From: Phaeosaccion multiseriatum
Lineage: Eukaryota > Protista > Ochrophyta, other classes
Length of the DNA stretch: 64,000 nucleotides
NCBI GenBank assembly: GCA_965112735.1
Contig: OZ218950.1
Span: forward strand, 1,054,001-1,118,000
Direction: 5' to 3'
The notes under the pieces were generated by a model. It was not told the DNA's origin, searched no databases, and saw nothing but the letters and a program-made list of their open reading frames with translations. Positions 34,492 through 48,575 of the stretch are shown one piece after another. The translations under genes and the position numbers were made by a program. Numbering within the stretch: the first letter of the stretch is position 1; every line of letters starts with the position of its first letter.

Positions 34492-36656
34492 ATTCACTCC
34501 ACCCCACTCTCCACTCCTCCCCCCAGACCACCCCCGAGCAGCGTACCTACCTCCTCGCCTACCTCACCGCCGTCCAATACGGGGGCTTCACAGTGATGCC
34601 CTTCGTCGGAGGTTTCCTCGCCTACGTATTCAGGGACGTTGACGCTGAAATCCGCGTCATCGAAGGCTGGATCAGCCTACAGCTCAACATGTACACGGCC
34701 CCCGCCTACTTCCTCGTTCTCATGTCAGCCGCGACCATCCTCCTTCTGTCCAAGTGCTTTAACGGAAGCCTGCCGAAAGAAAGAATGCGCTCGTTGGCCA
34801 GCCAGGGAAAGTTGCTGGTGACTCCTCCACCGCCAAGGGCCAGAAAGACGATTTCTACCAAGGCATCTAGCCAAGGTCAGGCGGCGCTGGAGCGGCAGAT
34901 CAGCCAGGTATGGTGTATTGAAGGAAGGAGGGAGGGAGGGAGGGAGGAAGCGAGGGAGGGAGGGAGGGAGGGAGGAGGGAGGGAGGGAGGGAGGGAGGGA
35001 GGATATGGAAGGAGAGTGGAGAATGCTTGGCGTAATGACTGCTAGAGTGAGTGAGTGAGTGAGTGAGTGAGTCAATAGAATGAGTGATTGCGAAACTGAG
35101 TGAGTTAGTGAGTGAGTTAAGTGAGTTGAGTGAGTGATTGCGTGAGTAAGCATGTGAGGGGGTGCACGCTCCTTTCCCTGCCTCCATCTGTGTATGTGCA
35201 GTTCCGTCAGACAATGAGAGACAGAAAGCAAGAGCGTCTTCACCCACGCACGCACACACACACACACACTACACTGGCCCTTCCTGATCTTGGGTGCCCC
35301 CCCCCCTCCCTAGCTCTCTCCTTGTGTGTGAGTGTATATTTGCGCTTTGATGGCACGGACCTTACACCCCCCCCCGCCCCCCCGTGACTTCCTCTGCCTG
35401 TTGCAACTCAGGACTCCTCCAATGGCGGTGGCGGTGGCGAAGAGCATGACCAGCTCTTGCAGCAGCAGCAGCAGCAGGGGGGCGAGGGCGGCATCGAAGC
35501 GGAAGATGAAAGCACCAATTTCAAGCTTGCCATCGCAGGAGGATTCTTGCTCAACATTGCCACCAAGGGAACCATTTCATGCTTTGGTAAGGAAGAGGAA
35601 AAGGAGGGACGAGTTAGGCTAGGGATGAATCGTGAGTGTGCGTGCGTGCGTGCGTGCGTGTGTGTGTGTGTGTGTGTGCGTGTGTGTGTGCCTCGCGGGA
35701 TAGTGCGACTCTCACCCCCACATCCCCTCGACGGACGGACGGACGGCTGACTCACTTTTTTGCCCGTATCTCTCTCTCTCTCCCGCGCGCGCACACACGT
35801 AAACACACACACACGCGCGCACACTCACACACACGCCAGAGACCCTTGGAGCTGAGTACATCATGACGCACTTCGGACTCACAGCGGCCGATGCCGGTTT
35901 CATCTTCCCCGTCTTCGGAGCCACAGGGGTGGTGGCGCTTCTCTCTATGCGAGCCCTTTGCCGTTACTTTTCGGACATTCAAATGGTGCTCGGAGGGGTG
36001 GCGGTGATGATGATCAGCTGTGCGTTACTTGTCACTGATCCGGAGGGCATTGCGCAGTTGAATGTGTTTTTGGTGTCGCTGGCGTGCATGTATGCAACGG
36101 GCTACCCGGTTGGACATACGGCGGTGCTGGGCTTGTTTTCGAAAGTGGTGGGCAAGAGACCGCAGGTGAGGAAAGGGAGGGAGGGGAGGGGAGGGAGTGA
36201 GGGAGGGAGATAGAGAGGGAGGGAGATAGAGAGGGAGGGACCGAGTCGGAGAGGGAGTCGGAGAGGGAGTGGTTTAGTAAGGGAGGGACTTGGGTGGAGA
36301 GAATGAGTGGTGGGGGAGCGAAGGGGGCGCGGGTGGGTTTCCTTAGTGAAGGGCCTTTCATTTGCCTGCCCAACCAACCAGGCTGACACCTTCTTCTTCT
36401 TCTTCTTCTTCTTCTTCTTCTTCTTCTTCTTCTTCTTCTTCTCCTCCTCTGTTACCCCTTCCAGAGCGAGTTGCTCGGGTGGTTCGGCTCTGCAGGCTCC
36501 CTCGCACGCATCTTCTTCCCCATCATGGCCGGAGTCATCAGCGAGGAGAGGTCCACCGGAACACTTATGGAGGTGCTTATTTGCATCCTTGGGGTGGCCT
36601 TTGCAGGGCTGCTGGCCTCGAGGAAGACGTACATGGCCTACGCCAATGCGCAGTGA
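33608..36656 (+). CDS. Major facilitator superfamily transporter, MFSD8/CLN7-like
   Basis: Exons 33608-33934, 34074-34307, 34527-34907, 35412-35586, 35840-36165, 36465-36656. Motifs ILFPTLWPYV, AAFSLGRIVSAP, GVGTGTLGVTRGYVA, NMYTAPAY, LFSKVVG and GWFGSAGSLARI; about 12 hydrophobic helices. Confidence 0.88.
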
Positions 36657-37455
36657 GGGTAGAGGAGAGTAGAGGAGAGTAGGGTAGAGGAGAGGAGGGG
36701 AGGAGGGTAGAGTAGAGGAGAGTAGGGTAGAGTAGAGGAGAGGAGAGGGGCGTAGAGGAGAGGAGAGGAGAGAGGAGTGGTCTGTACGTTTGGAGTGTCA
36801 GTTTCCTACGCTGTGAGAGGAGAGGGAAGAGGGAGAGGAGTGGGGGGCAAGAGGTGCGATGAGCAAGCTTGGCCTTTGCAGTTGACAGTTACAAGGAGGG
36901 ATGACACATCACCCTTGCAAGGGAAAGCCTTACGATGCGTTTTTGATGAACAAGGGCCAAGAGAGAGAGAGCGAGAGAGAGAGAGAGAATAGATCAAACA
37001 CAGAAAAGGCTCCTCTAACACTAAAGTACATTACTGATATACCTGATACACTATGACCTAAGCCTCCTTGGCTGAGGAAAACCTGTGCCATACGTAAGTA
37101 CAATGCGTACGTGTATAGAAGAGGCATGACATCGGATCTCCGCGTGGCCGTTACCACCCCCAGGCTGTGAGTGATGTGAGCGTCTTGGATGCCCACAGTG
37201 AAGGCCATGATCGAGAGGAGACGAGAGGAGGTGGACTGATTGTTCGCCTGCCTCTTAGTCTACATGCACAGTAAAGAATGCCGTGTCCTCTCCTCTCGAT
37301 GCCTCCGGATGCCTCCAACGCAGCCCTTACATCCATGAAGGATGGCACCCGATGGATGGCACCCACCGCCCTATCGATCGGTGCATCACCCTCACATCAG
37401 CATCAGCTCACTGCCTCACCCACTCACTGCTCAACTCACTACCTCATTCACTTCC

Positions 37456-37660
37456 TCAAGCCTTCGGACACGCCTTCCCCATGATGCCCATGAGAGAGTC
37501 ACGCCTGTTTAGCAACTCCATGGTGTAGCCAAAGTTCTCCTCGGCAACGTTCATGGCGGCGTGACCCCAATCAAAGGGCACATAGACGAGGTCACCAGGC
37601 CGCTGCACACACTCCAGGGGGGCGCTCTTGAACTGGGGGGCGTCCTTGCCGTCCTTGCCG

Positions 37661-37692
<32 letters not shown>

Positions 37693-38288
37693 GGCCTTCT
37701 TGCGACCCCAACCCCACCCCTGCTGCTGAGGAAGGCTCTCCTGCTCACGCACCCACGCAGCTGATGGAATGCACGCAAAACACGCGGGCAGGTTGCAGGG
37801 GGGGGGGGGGGGGGGCAGCCGCAACAGCGGAAAGAGCAGCAGTAGTAGCAGCGGCAGTTTCAGTTTCAGTTCCGGTGAAATGAGTGTGGAGGTAGTAGTC
37901 CTGGACTGACTTGACCGAATGACCAACTGATCAACTGCAACTGACCCTCTGTCCCTCCCCTCCGTCCCTCCCCTCCCTCCCTCCCATCCTTCCCCACTGA
38001 CCTATATGCTGTTTGCTGAAGATGGCCTCTCTGGGCGGTACCACCCACCACCTCTTCTCCCCCTGCAGGAGCAAGTTGGCCGCGTCTCCGTGCACGTGGA
38101 AAGGAGCACCGCTCTCTTTTGCCCCGAGGTAAAAATGCATGCTCTCTCGCTCGAACACCTTCCCAGCAGGGGGGCAGATGACCTAATAGGAGAGGGAGGA
38201 GGAGGAGGGGGTAGTAGTAGTAGTAGTTGTAGTCGTAGTAGTCGTAGTAGTCGTAGTTAGTAGTGTAGTAGCAGTAGTGGTTGTAGTT

Positions 38289-38319
<31 letters not shown>

Positions 38320-38348
38320 GAGGAGGAGTAGTAGTAGTAGCAGTAGTA

Positions 38349-38418
<70 letters not shown>

Positions 38419-40949
38419 CAGTAGTAGTAGTAGTAGTAGTAGAAGAATGAAGGGAGGGAGGGGACGAAGGGCGGGGGACGAGGCACTGAATCAACACACG
38501 GTATAAGCCAGTAGAGTCATGAAAGCAGGCCCATTTGCAAGCCCGTTCGCCACAAGGCCCACATCACTCTCCTTCCCTTCCGTTGTAGCTCATATCACCA
38601 CTCTCCTTCCCTTCCGTTGTAGCTCATATCACCACTCTCCTTCCCTTCCGTTGTAGCTCATATCACCACTCTCCTTCCCTTCCGTTGTAGCTCATATCAC
38701 CACTCTCCTTCCCTTCCGTTGTAGCTCATATCACCACTCTCCTTCCCTTCCGTTGTAGCTCATATCACCACTCTCCTTCCCTTCCGTTGTAGCTCATATC
38801 ACCACTCTCCTTCCCTTCCGTTGTAGCTCATATCACCACTCTCCTTCCCTTCCGTTATAGCTCATATCACCACTCTCCTTCCCTTCCGTTGTAGCTCATA
38901 TCACCACTCTCCTTCCCTTCCGTTGTAGCTCATATCACCACTCTCCTTCCCTTCCGTTGTAGCTCATATCACCACTCTCCTTCCCTTCCGTTGTAGCTCA
39001 TATCACCACTCTCCTTCCCTTCCGTTGTAGCTCATATCACCACTCCACCCGTCCTTCCAACCAACCTGCAACACCCTCTTCCCTTCCCTTCCTACCAACA
39101 GACCTGCAACACTCCTCTTCCCTTCCCTTCCTTCCAACCAGCTTGCAACACCACTCTTTCCTTCCTTCCAATTGACCTACCGGCGCGTTTCCTTTGATGG
39201 GAAAGCCGTCCTGCACAAAGCTCGAAAGCATGGTAAAGCCTTCCTGACAGGCCGTGGCGTCCGCCTCAAATACATACAGGGGGTCGTTGGTGGCTCCTCC
39301 TTCTTCTTCTCCTTGCGCCGAAGCGTCTCCTGCTGCAGCAGCTGCAGCTGCTTGCTGCTCTTCCTTCTTCTTCTGGACCTGCTTGTCTTTCTTGCTCTTC
39401 TTGGTTTTGCCACTGCTGCTGCCACTCTTCTCTCCTTCCCCTCCCTTCTCTTCCTGTGATGTCTCCAGCGCCTCATCTCCCAGGGCCGCCGCCACCGCCG
39501 CTGCCGCTGTGACTTCTCTCATCATATGGGCGTACTCTCTTAGAGGCTGGACCGTTGACGGAAGCCCAAACTTCGTACTGTATGGCACGCCTCCGACGGT
39601 TACAGGCCGGTCACCCCAACGCTCCACGAAGGTAGTGCTGTTGTGCCATTTGGCCTCTATTCCTCTGTGATCTTGTAAATAGGCCACAACTCCTCTCACC
39701 ATGACCGGCTCGCCCTCACTTACTAACCTCTGCACCTCACTGAGGTTGATGGGTGATGCAGGAGAAGGAGGGGAGGGAGAGAGAGAGTGTGGGAGGGAGA
39801 GAGGGGAGGGGGGGATGGAGGGGGGAGGGCGGGGAGTAGGAGAGAGAGGAGAGAGAGGGCGAGAAACAGGGCATATGGGACATGAGGTATGGGGAAAGCG
39901 CTTCCATCAGGGGTCAACTTAAGAACGAAAAGTGTTCCTCCCCCTCCTCCTGGTCCTCCTCCTCCTCCTCCTCCTCCTCCTCCTCCTCCTCCTCCTCCTC
40001 CTCCTCCTCCCCTTCACTCACCCCCCCCCCCCCCCAACTACTCATCCACCCACCTGAGTGCGAACTTTACCCCCTCCTCGTCGGTCCCTCCCTGGGGTAT
40101 CACCACTTCTGGCAGCTCGCACTCTCTCCCAGCCGCCTTGGCCCACTTCCTGCTATTGTCCACGAAGCTTCCGAAGCTCATGTTGGCAGGTGCTCTCCCC
40201 ACTTTGTCCATAGCCCCCTCGTCGGCTCCCAGTTGGGACAGGTAGTCAATAGTTGGCTTGTGGCCAAACAAGGTGGCAAGGTGTAGTGGCGTGAGACCGT
40301 ACTGGCTATCTGCCTCGTTCACGTTGCACCACTCTTCCTCCTCCTCTGCCGCTGCCGCTGCTTCTGGTTCTGCTCCTCCTCCTGCTGCTGCTGCTCCTCC
40401 TCCTCCTGCTCCCCCTCCTCCTCCTCCTCCTCCTCCTCCTCCTCCTCCTCCTCCTCCTCCTCCTCCTCCTCCTCCTCCTCCTCCTCCTCCTCCTCCTTCT
40501 CTTCCATCTGCTGGTGTGTGGTCTCCTTCTGCAGTTTCCGAGTCGAGAGGCTCGCAGAGAGCCTTGATATCCTCCAGAATGTCTGCGGAGATGGCGTCCC
40601 TCGTGCCCTGCAGGCCAACGTGCTGTCGGAACCCCCCCCCTACGTTGCTGTCGCTACTGCTACTGCTACTGCTACCGCAAACTCCTCCGCTGTCACACAC
40701 AGGGTCGCTACCCTCAGTACTTCCGTTCTGCAGGGAAGTGTGAGTGTATGGCAGAGAGAGAAAGAGGGAGGACACAAGCAGGGGAGTGTGAGTGTATGGC
40801 AGAGAGAGAAAGAGGGAGGACACAAGCAGCATGCGTTGACAGCGTAGTACCAGGGGTGTGTGGGTGGTGTGAGATGGTAGATGGGAGAAGTACAGGAGCG
40901 CATGAATGCGAGAGACGTGGGAGAGACATGTTGCGCGATCACACTCACA

Positions 40950-40981
<32 letters not shown>

Positions 40982-41664
40982 AACATACACACACGCGCAC
41001 ACGCACACACACATACACACACAAACCTGCTGCCGGAGTACTTGTTTGACCAGCACCGACGCCCGACTGATGGGCGAGAGGGTGGTGCTGGAGGTCCAGT
41101 CGACGGCGTGGCTGGCAAAGATTTCTAATAGGGGGAGGTCAGGCTTTGTGGCTGCCAGTGTCGCGGCTCTTCGCTTCTCTTTGTGGAGCAACTTCCCTTT
41201 CTTGTAGTTTCTGAAGAACAAGAGGGCTGCACCGAGCATGAGCAGTGGGAGGACCTTTGAGGAGGAGGAGGACGAGGAGGAGCAGGAGCAGGAGGAGGAG
41301 GAAGAGAGGAGAAGGACGGGGGGGGAAGAGGGAAGGGAACATGAGGGAAGGAATACGCATGAAACGAACGTGGGTTATAGCCCAATCACGAGAAAGGACC
41401 GAGAGGGGGCGTCCTCTCCTTTCTCTCCGTCGCTCTGTTTGTCTCTCTAAAACAGTGAAGGGGTGACAGGACGGGCGGCGGCTCCTGATTCGACCCAGTT
41501 CGATCAACCTAGGCCCATTCACTCCCCATGCTCACCAATGATAGGAACTTGTGCGCGTATTCCAACACCCAATGGACGTCCGAATCATCTTCCTGTTGAG
41601 AAGCGGGGGGCGGCGTGCTAGACTTCCGGCGATCTCGATCCCCCCTCCGCTTTTTGCTACCCAT
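37456..41664 (-). CDS. Signal-anchored ankyrin-repeat plus JmjC (JMJD8-like) protein
   Basis: Exons 41664-41536, 41254-41027, 40727-40054, 39739-39181, 38182-38002, 37760-37456. Ankyrin NVNEADSQYGLTPLHLATLFGH; JmjC FYLGAKESGAPFHVHGDA...GEKRWWVVPP and CVQRPGDLVYVPFDWGHAAMN. Confidence 0.85.
38210..38443 (+). repeat. (TAG)n microsatellite, intronic
   Basis: Read directly from the sequence. Confidence 0.95.
38565..39046 (+). repeat. Intronic 34-bp minisatellite, 14 near-perfect copies
   Basis: CGTTGTAGCTCATATCACCACTCTCCTTCCCTTC from 38581 to 39023 in steps of 34; one G>A variant. Confidence 0.97.
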
Positions 41665-42049
41665 GCTTCTACCCCCCGCCTCAAGAAGGGGCGGTCAGGG
41701 CAGGGACAGAAACCAAGGGGGGGATCCGCTCCCGCACACTGAGCTTCCCTGCTCCCCCACGCCGAAGGAAGCAATTACGACCCAATTACCCCCCGAGGGT
41801 TGTTTCCTTCCCAAGGTTCCGCGCGCTCGTCTCGCCAAGCAACGCACGTCCTCTATGCTTCTTCCTTCTCTTTCTCTTCAGCTGGTGCTCTCCAGCTAAG
41901 CTCTGCTTGTTGGCTACAGAGGGGAGGGGTTGAAGGAGGGAAGGGCGATACCGAAGGGAGAAAGAAGAGAAGAGCGATTTTCTTAAGTCAACAAGAAGAG
42001 TCGCCGTTTCGTCCAAAAAAAGAGTTGGCTTGTATCGTTGCAAGGATTA

Positions 42050-42938
42050 ATGGGGAAGAAGAGAGACGCCGCAGAGGCCAATCTGTCGGCAACGTCGTCA
42101 TCTTACGCCTACAATGACAGGGCGTGGGCGCCGATCGTCTTGCTCGGGCCCATCCTCCCTGCTTTGGTGGCTTCCGTCACTATCGTGGTTGGGCACGTCA
42201 TCCTTCTGGTGCGTGGGTGGGTGGAGTGGGGTGCGTGCGTGCCTGCGTGAGAGTGAGTGAGTGAGTGAGTTGAGTCCCTGGGTGGATATCCTTCCTCCTC
42301 ACCTTTGCCCTGCTTGCTCCACCCTCTCATGCCTCTCACCCCCTCACTCTTTGTTCACGACCCATGTTCGCCCACTGCACGATGTACATGTACAGACGGA
42401 CATTATTGACAGCTCGGATACCTTCTACTGCGGCTACCCGCTGGACCAGTTCTTGCGACTGGCCATTATTACAAGCTACGTGCTGCTGATGGTCTTCGCC
42501 TGGACTTTTCTCGGGTGAGTCTGAGCAGGCCTCCACTCCAATCCCCATTCCTCGGAGGTTGGAGGCTACGCTGGTCCGGTGGTGCGCGAGCGGTCCACAC
42601 GAACATCTGCTTCAATTGGGATGAGGGGCACAGACCAACACAATACTCCCTGGCCCACCCCACCCCACCCCACCCCACCCCACCCCATCCCACCCCACCC
42701 CTGCTACCCCCCATCTCTCTCCTCTCTATCCCTGCTTGCCCCCTCTCCCTCTCCTCCGAAGCGTGACCACCACCTTCACCTTCGGGGGCCGCACAAGGAC
42801 CCTCCTTCGGCCCTTCCAGACGCTGCGGGGGGTGGTCATGGCCTATATACTCCCCTTCTCCATGGCCTTCGTCGTGTAAGTAGTACTTCGAAGTACGTGG
42901 TGCGCGCTATGCCCGTATGCCCTTTCTCTCTCTCTCTC

Positions 42939-42988
<50 letters not shown>

Positions 42989-44472
42989 ATCTTCCTCTCT
43001 CTCACTTTTTCTCTTCCCCTCTCTTTCCCTCTCTTACTCCCTCTCCTTCCTCTCTCCCTCTCTCTCTCCCTTTCTCCCTCTCTTTCTCTCTCTCCCTCTC
43101 TCTGTCTTTCTTTCTGTTCTCTTTCTCTCTCTCCTCCTTACGCCCCCCCTCCCCTTTTTTCCCTTCCCCTCCTCAGCATGTGCTATGGAACATGGGCAGT
43201 CGCCAGTGGGTCCCTGACATGCCCCGACTACAACCCCGCCCTCTACGCCTACGACCTCTTCCTCGTCATCACGTAAGTCAGTGAGTTGAGTCAGTACGTC
43301 CACTTCAACACACGTGAGACAGGGAGATGGTGCATCACACGAAGGGCCACGTATCTTCACACTCCCCTCACGCACGCACGCACGCACGCACGCACGCACT
43401 CAGGTATGCACCTCCCCTGCCTCTAATTTGAGCCACACCTGCCCTGTAACTACCCCCTCTTGCCTTCTGCTGCCATCGCCAAACGGGTATATGGGCATGG
43501 CCCTCGTTGTGGCGCTATTGCGGCCTCTCTTCCTTCAGCTATTGGTTGGGAATGGGAGCCTCCCTGCTCTACGTCTTCTCGGCTTGGTTCAACGCCCCAA
43601 GAGGAAACGTGCTCAAAGACAAGGCCATGTGAGTAGCAGGAGTAGGAGTAGTGGTAACGAACGAAGAGACAGCGGACAGGGAGGTGGAGCGAAGCAAGGA
43701 GGCTGTGGCAGTGACGAGAACGAACCGCAAAAAACGACCGGGGCTGAGGACAGTGACGGCATAGGAGGGAAACAAGGGACGCAATGGCGCGGACTCAGCA
43801 AGTGGATAGGCAGTCTTCTCTCACCTCTTGCCTCACACATCGTCCCCTCTCTGTCTCCCACGCCCCCCCCCCCTCTCTCTTCCATCCTCCCCCTTCTGTC
43901 TAACCACTATGCCCCCCCCCCCCCCCCCCCCCCCCTCCACTTCATAGGGTGGTGCAAGAGAAGATACAGGAGAAAGCAGCTGAGCATGAGAACAAAATCT
44001 TTGCCCAGGGCTTCCAAGAGCACGACCCTGACAACAAGGGCTTCTTGACCCTCGATGAATTCGAAGCGTTCGCCGAGGAGCTCGGTCTGAGCCTCACTGG
44101 CAAGAAGCTCAAGCTTGCCTTTGCGGAGATGGATCAATGTGAGGGAGGGAGGGAGGGGGGAGGGAGGGAGGGAGGGAGTGTGTTGTGTAAGTGGATATGT
44201 GAGTGCGTGCGTGCGTGAGTGCGTGTGTTGCGTGAGTGTGTGAGTGCGTGAGTGAGTGGCGTACTCTCCGTCTTTCTCTTGCTTGAGCACGACTTAATTC
44301 GATGCCGGCCCCCATCTGCACCTCCTTCTCCTCCCCCTTCCACACCCTTTGCTCATACTCTCGTACTGCAGCTGGAGAGGGCCGGATATACTGCGACAAG
44401 TTCATCGTATGGTACAGAGAGAATGAGAAGAAGGAGGCGGAAGAGGAGGAGGAAGAGGAGGAGGAAGAATAG
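42050..44472 (+). CDS. Four-TM membrane protein with a C-terminal EF-hand pair
   Basis: Exons 42050-42208, 42396-42514, 42762-42875, 43177-43272, 43539-43628, 43948-44138, 44372-44472. Four hydrophobic segments; EF loops DPDNKGFLTLDE and DQSGEGRIYCDK. Confidence 0.8.
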
Positions 44473-44838
44473 TGGCAAAGTAAGGAGGAGGAAGAGGACA
44501 AGGAAGAGGGAGAGGGAGAGGAAGGGGAGGAGTCATGACAACACCTCTCTCCTCTACACGTCTTCTCTCCGTACCCCGTACGTGTGCTTTCGTATGCGCT
44601 TTCATTCTCTCATTATCATGCCAGACCAGACAAGACGATGGGAAGGAGCAGGCGTTAAAATAAAGTGTTTGCTTTCTATTTGTACTCTGAGTTATTTCTT
44701 AGTTACACACTTTGATACACGCGTGCGTGGCGCGAAGCACTGCCTCCCTCCATCTCATACATCTCCCCTCCAAGGAAAGAAAAGAGACGAAGGCGAGAAG
44801 TACCCGCCGCATTCCCCAATCAACGCCGAGCTCCTGCC

Positions 44839-45101
44839 CCTCCTCCTCCTCCTCCTCCTCCTCCTCCTCCTCCTCCTCCTCCTCCTCCTCCTCCTCCTCC
44901 TCCTCCTCCTCCTCCTCCTCCTCCTCCTCCTCCTCCTCCTCCTCCTCCTCCTCCTCCTCCTCCTCCTCCTCCTCCTCCTCCTCCTCCTCCTCCTCCTCCT
45001 CCTCCTCCTCCTCCTCCTCCTCCTCCTCCTCCTCCTCCTCCTCCTCCTCCTCCTCCTCCTCCTCCTCCTCCTCCTCCTCCTCCTCCTCCTCCTCCTCCTC
45101 C
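44839..45101 (+). repeat. Pure (CCT)n array between convergent genes
   Basis: About 87 uninterrupted triplets. Confidence 0.97.
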
Positions 45102-45935
45102 GCACCTGCCTCTCCGCATTGCAGGGCCCACCCTCTGCAAATCTGGAAGGAACATGCGGTCGGTAGGCTGGAGGGCGGATTTCCACACCCTCCCTCCCCC
45201 GCCCTGTGATCCTGACACCCTGGCTGCGTGCCACGTTCACACCCCGTACTACCAACCCTCCTACCCACGCACACGCATCCATTCGTTGGGGTTGCGGCCG
45301 GGCATCACGACATAGCATCACAGCTACCGACTGCTGCCTGTCCCTTTCAGTGAAGCTCAAAGGCAAGTGCGAGATTGCTCGTCTCGCGGTTTCGTGGCTG
45401 TTCTCGTGACCCCTCTCTTATCGCTGCTGTATCACCAACTGCTGCTGGTGCTGCGACAAGGAGACAAGTCGCGAGAGCAGATACGAAACGTCGCGGTTCG
45501 TGGTCGTGGTCGCTCGCTGTCGATCGTGTGTGTGATGAAGCCCTTGACATAGCTGCTGACAGCTGTTGGGGGCCGGCATGCTGCTGCGTGAAGAGCTCCT
45601 TCACCACACCTACGCCCACCGCCATTCACGGATGAGAGGGGCCTTGCACTGTTTAACCCGCAGAGACCGGCTGCTGCTGCTACCGTGGTCACCATCTGCT
45701 GTAGCTGTAGCACCAACTGCTGTATCACAACCTGCCGCATTGCTTGGAGAACGGTCTTGAAGAGCGCTCCCCATACAGACTCGCACAATTATGATCATGG
45801 AGTCTTCGCCTCCACCTTCGCCTTCCTCACCGCTGGTACTACTAGTAGGAGAAGTAGCGGTGGCGATGGAGTCAGGATCTGCAGCAATGCCACAACAGCG
45901 CCACAGCAGTGTCGTCGCCCTCTGTGATGTCGTTC

Positions 45936-48404
<2,469 letters not shown>

Positions 48405-48575
48405 ACCTCGCCGCGAGCCGCTCCGGGCTGGTGGCAGAGGATTTGTGGCCTCTATTCCTATACTTGGAGATCACCGTGGTAACGGGTGCGTTTTTTTCTT
48501 AAGTCACTGAATCCACTGAAATCATTGACTTACTCAGAGCTATCTTCTTGTCTCCATTTCACAGCGAGAGAGAGC

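Noticed and set aside
38565-39046. CRISPR-like array of 34-bp repeats
   Set aside because: The units are head-to-tail with no spacers, there are no cas genes, and the array lies in a eukaryotic intron.
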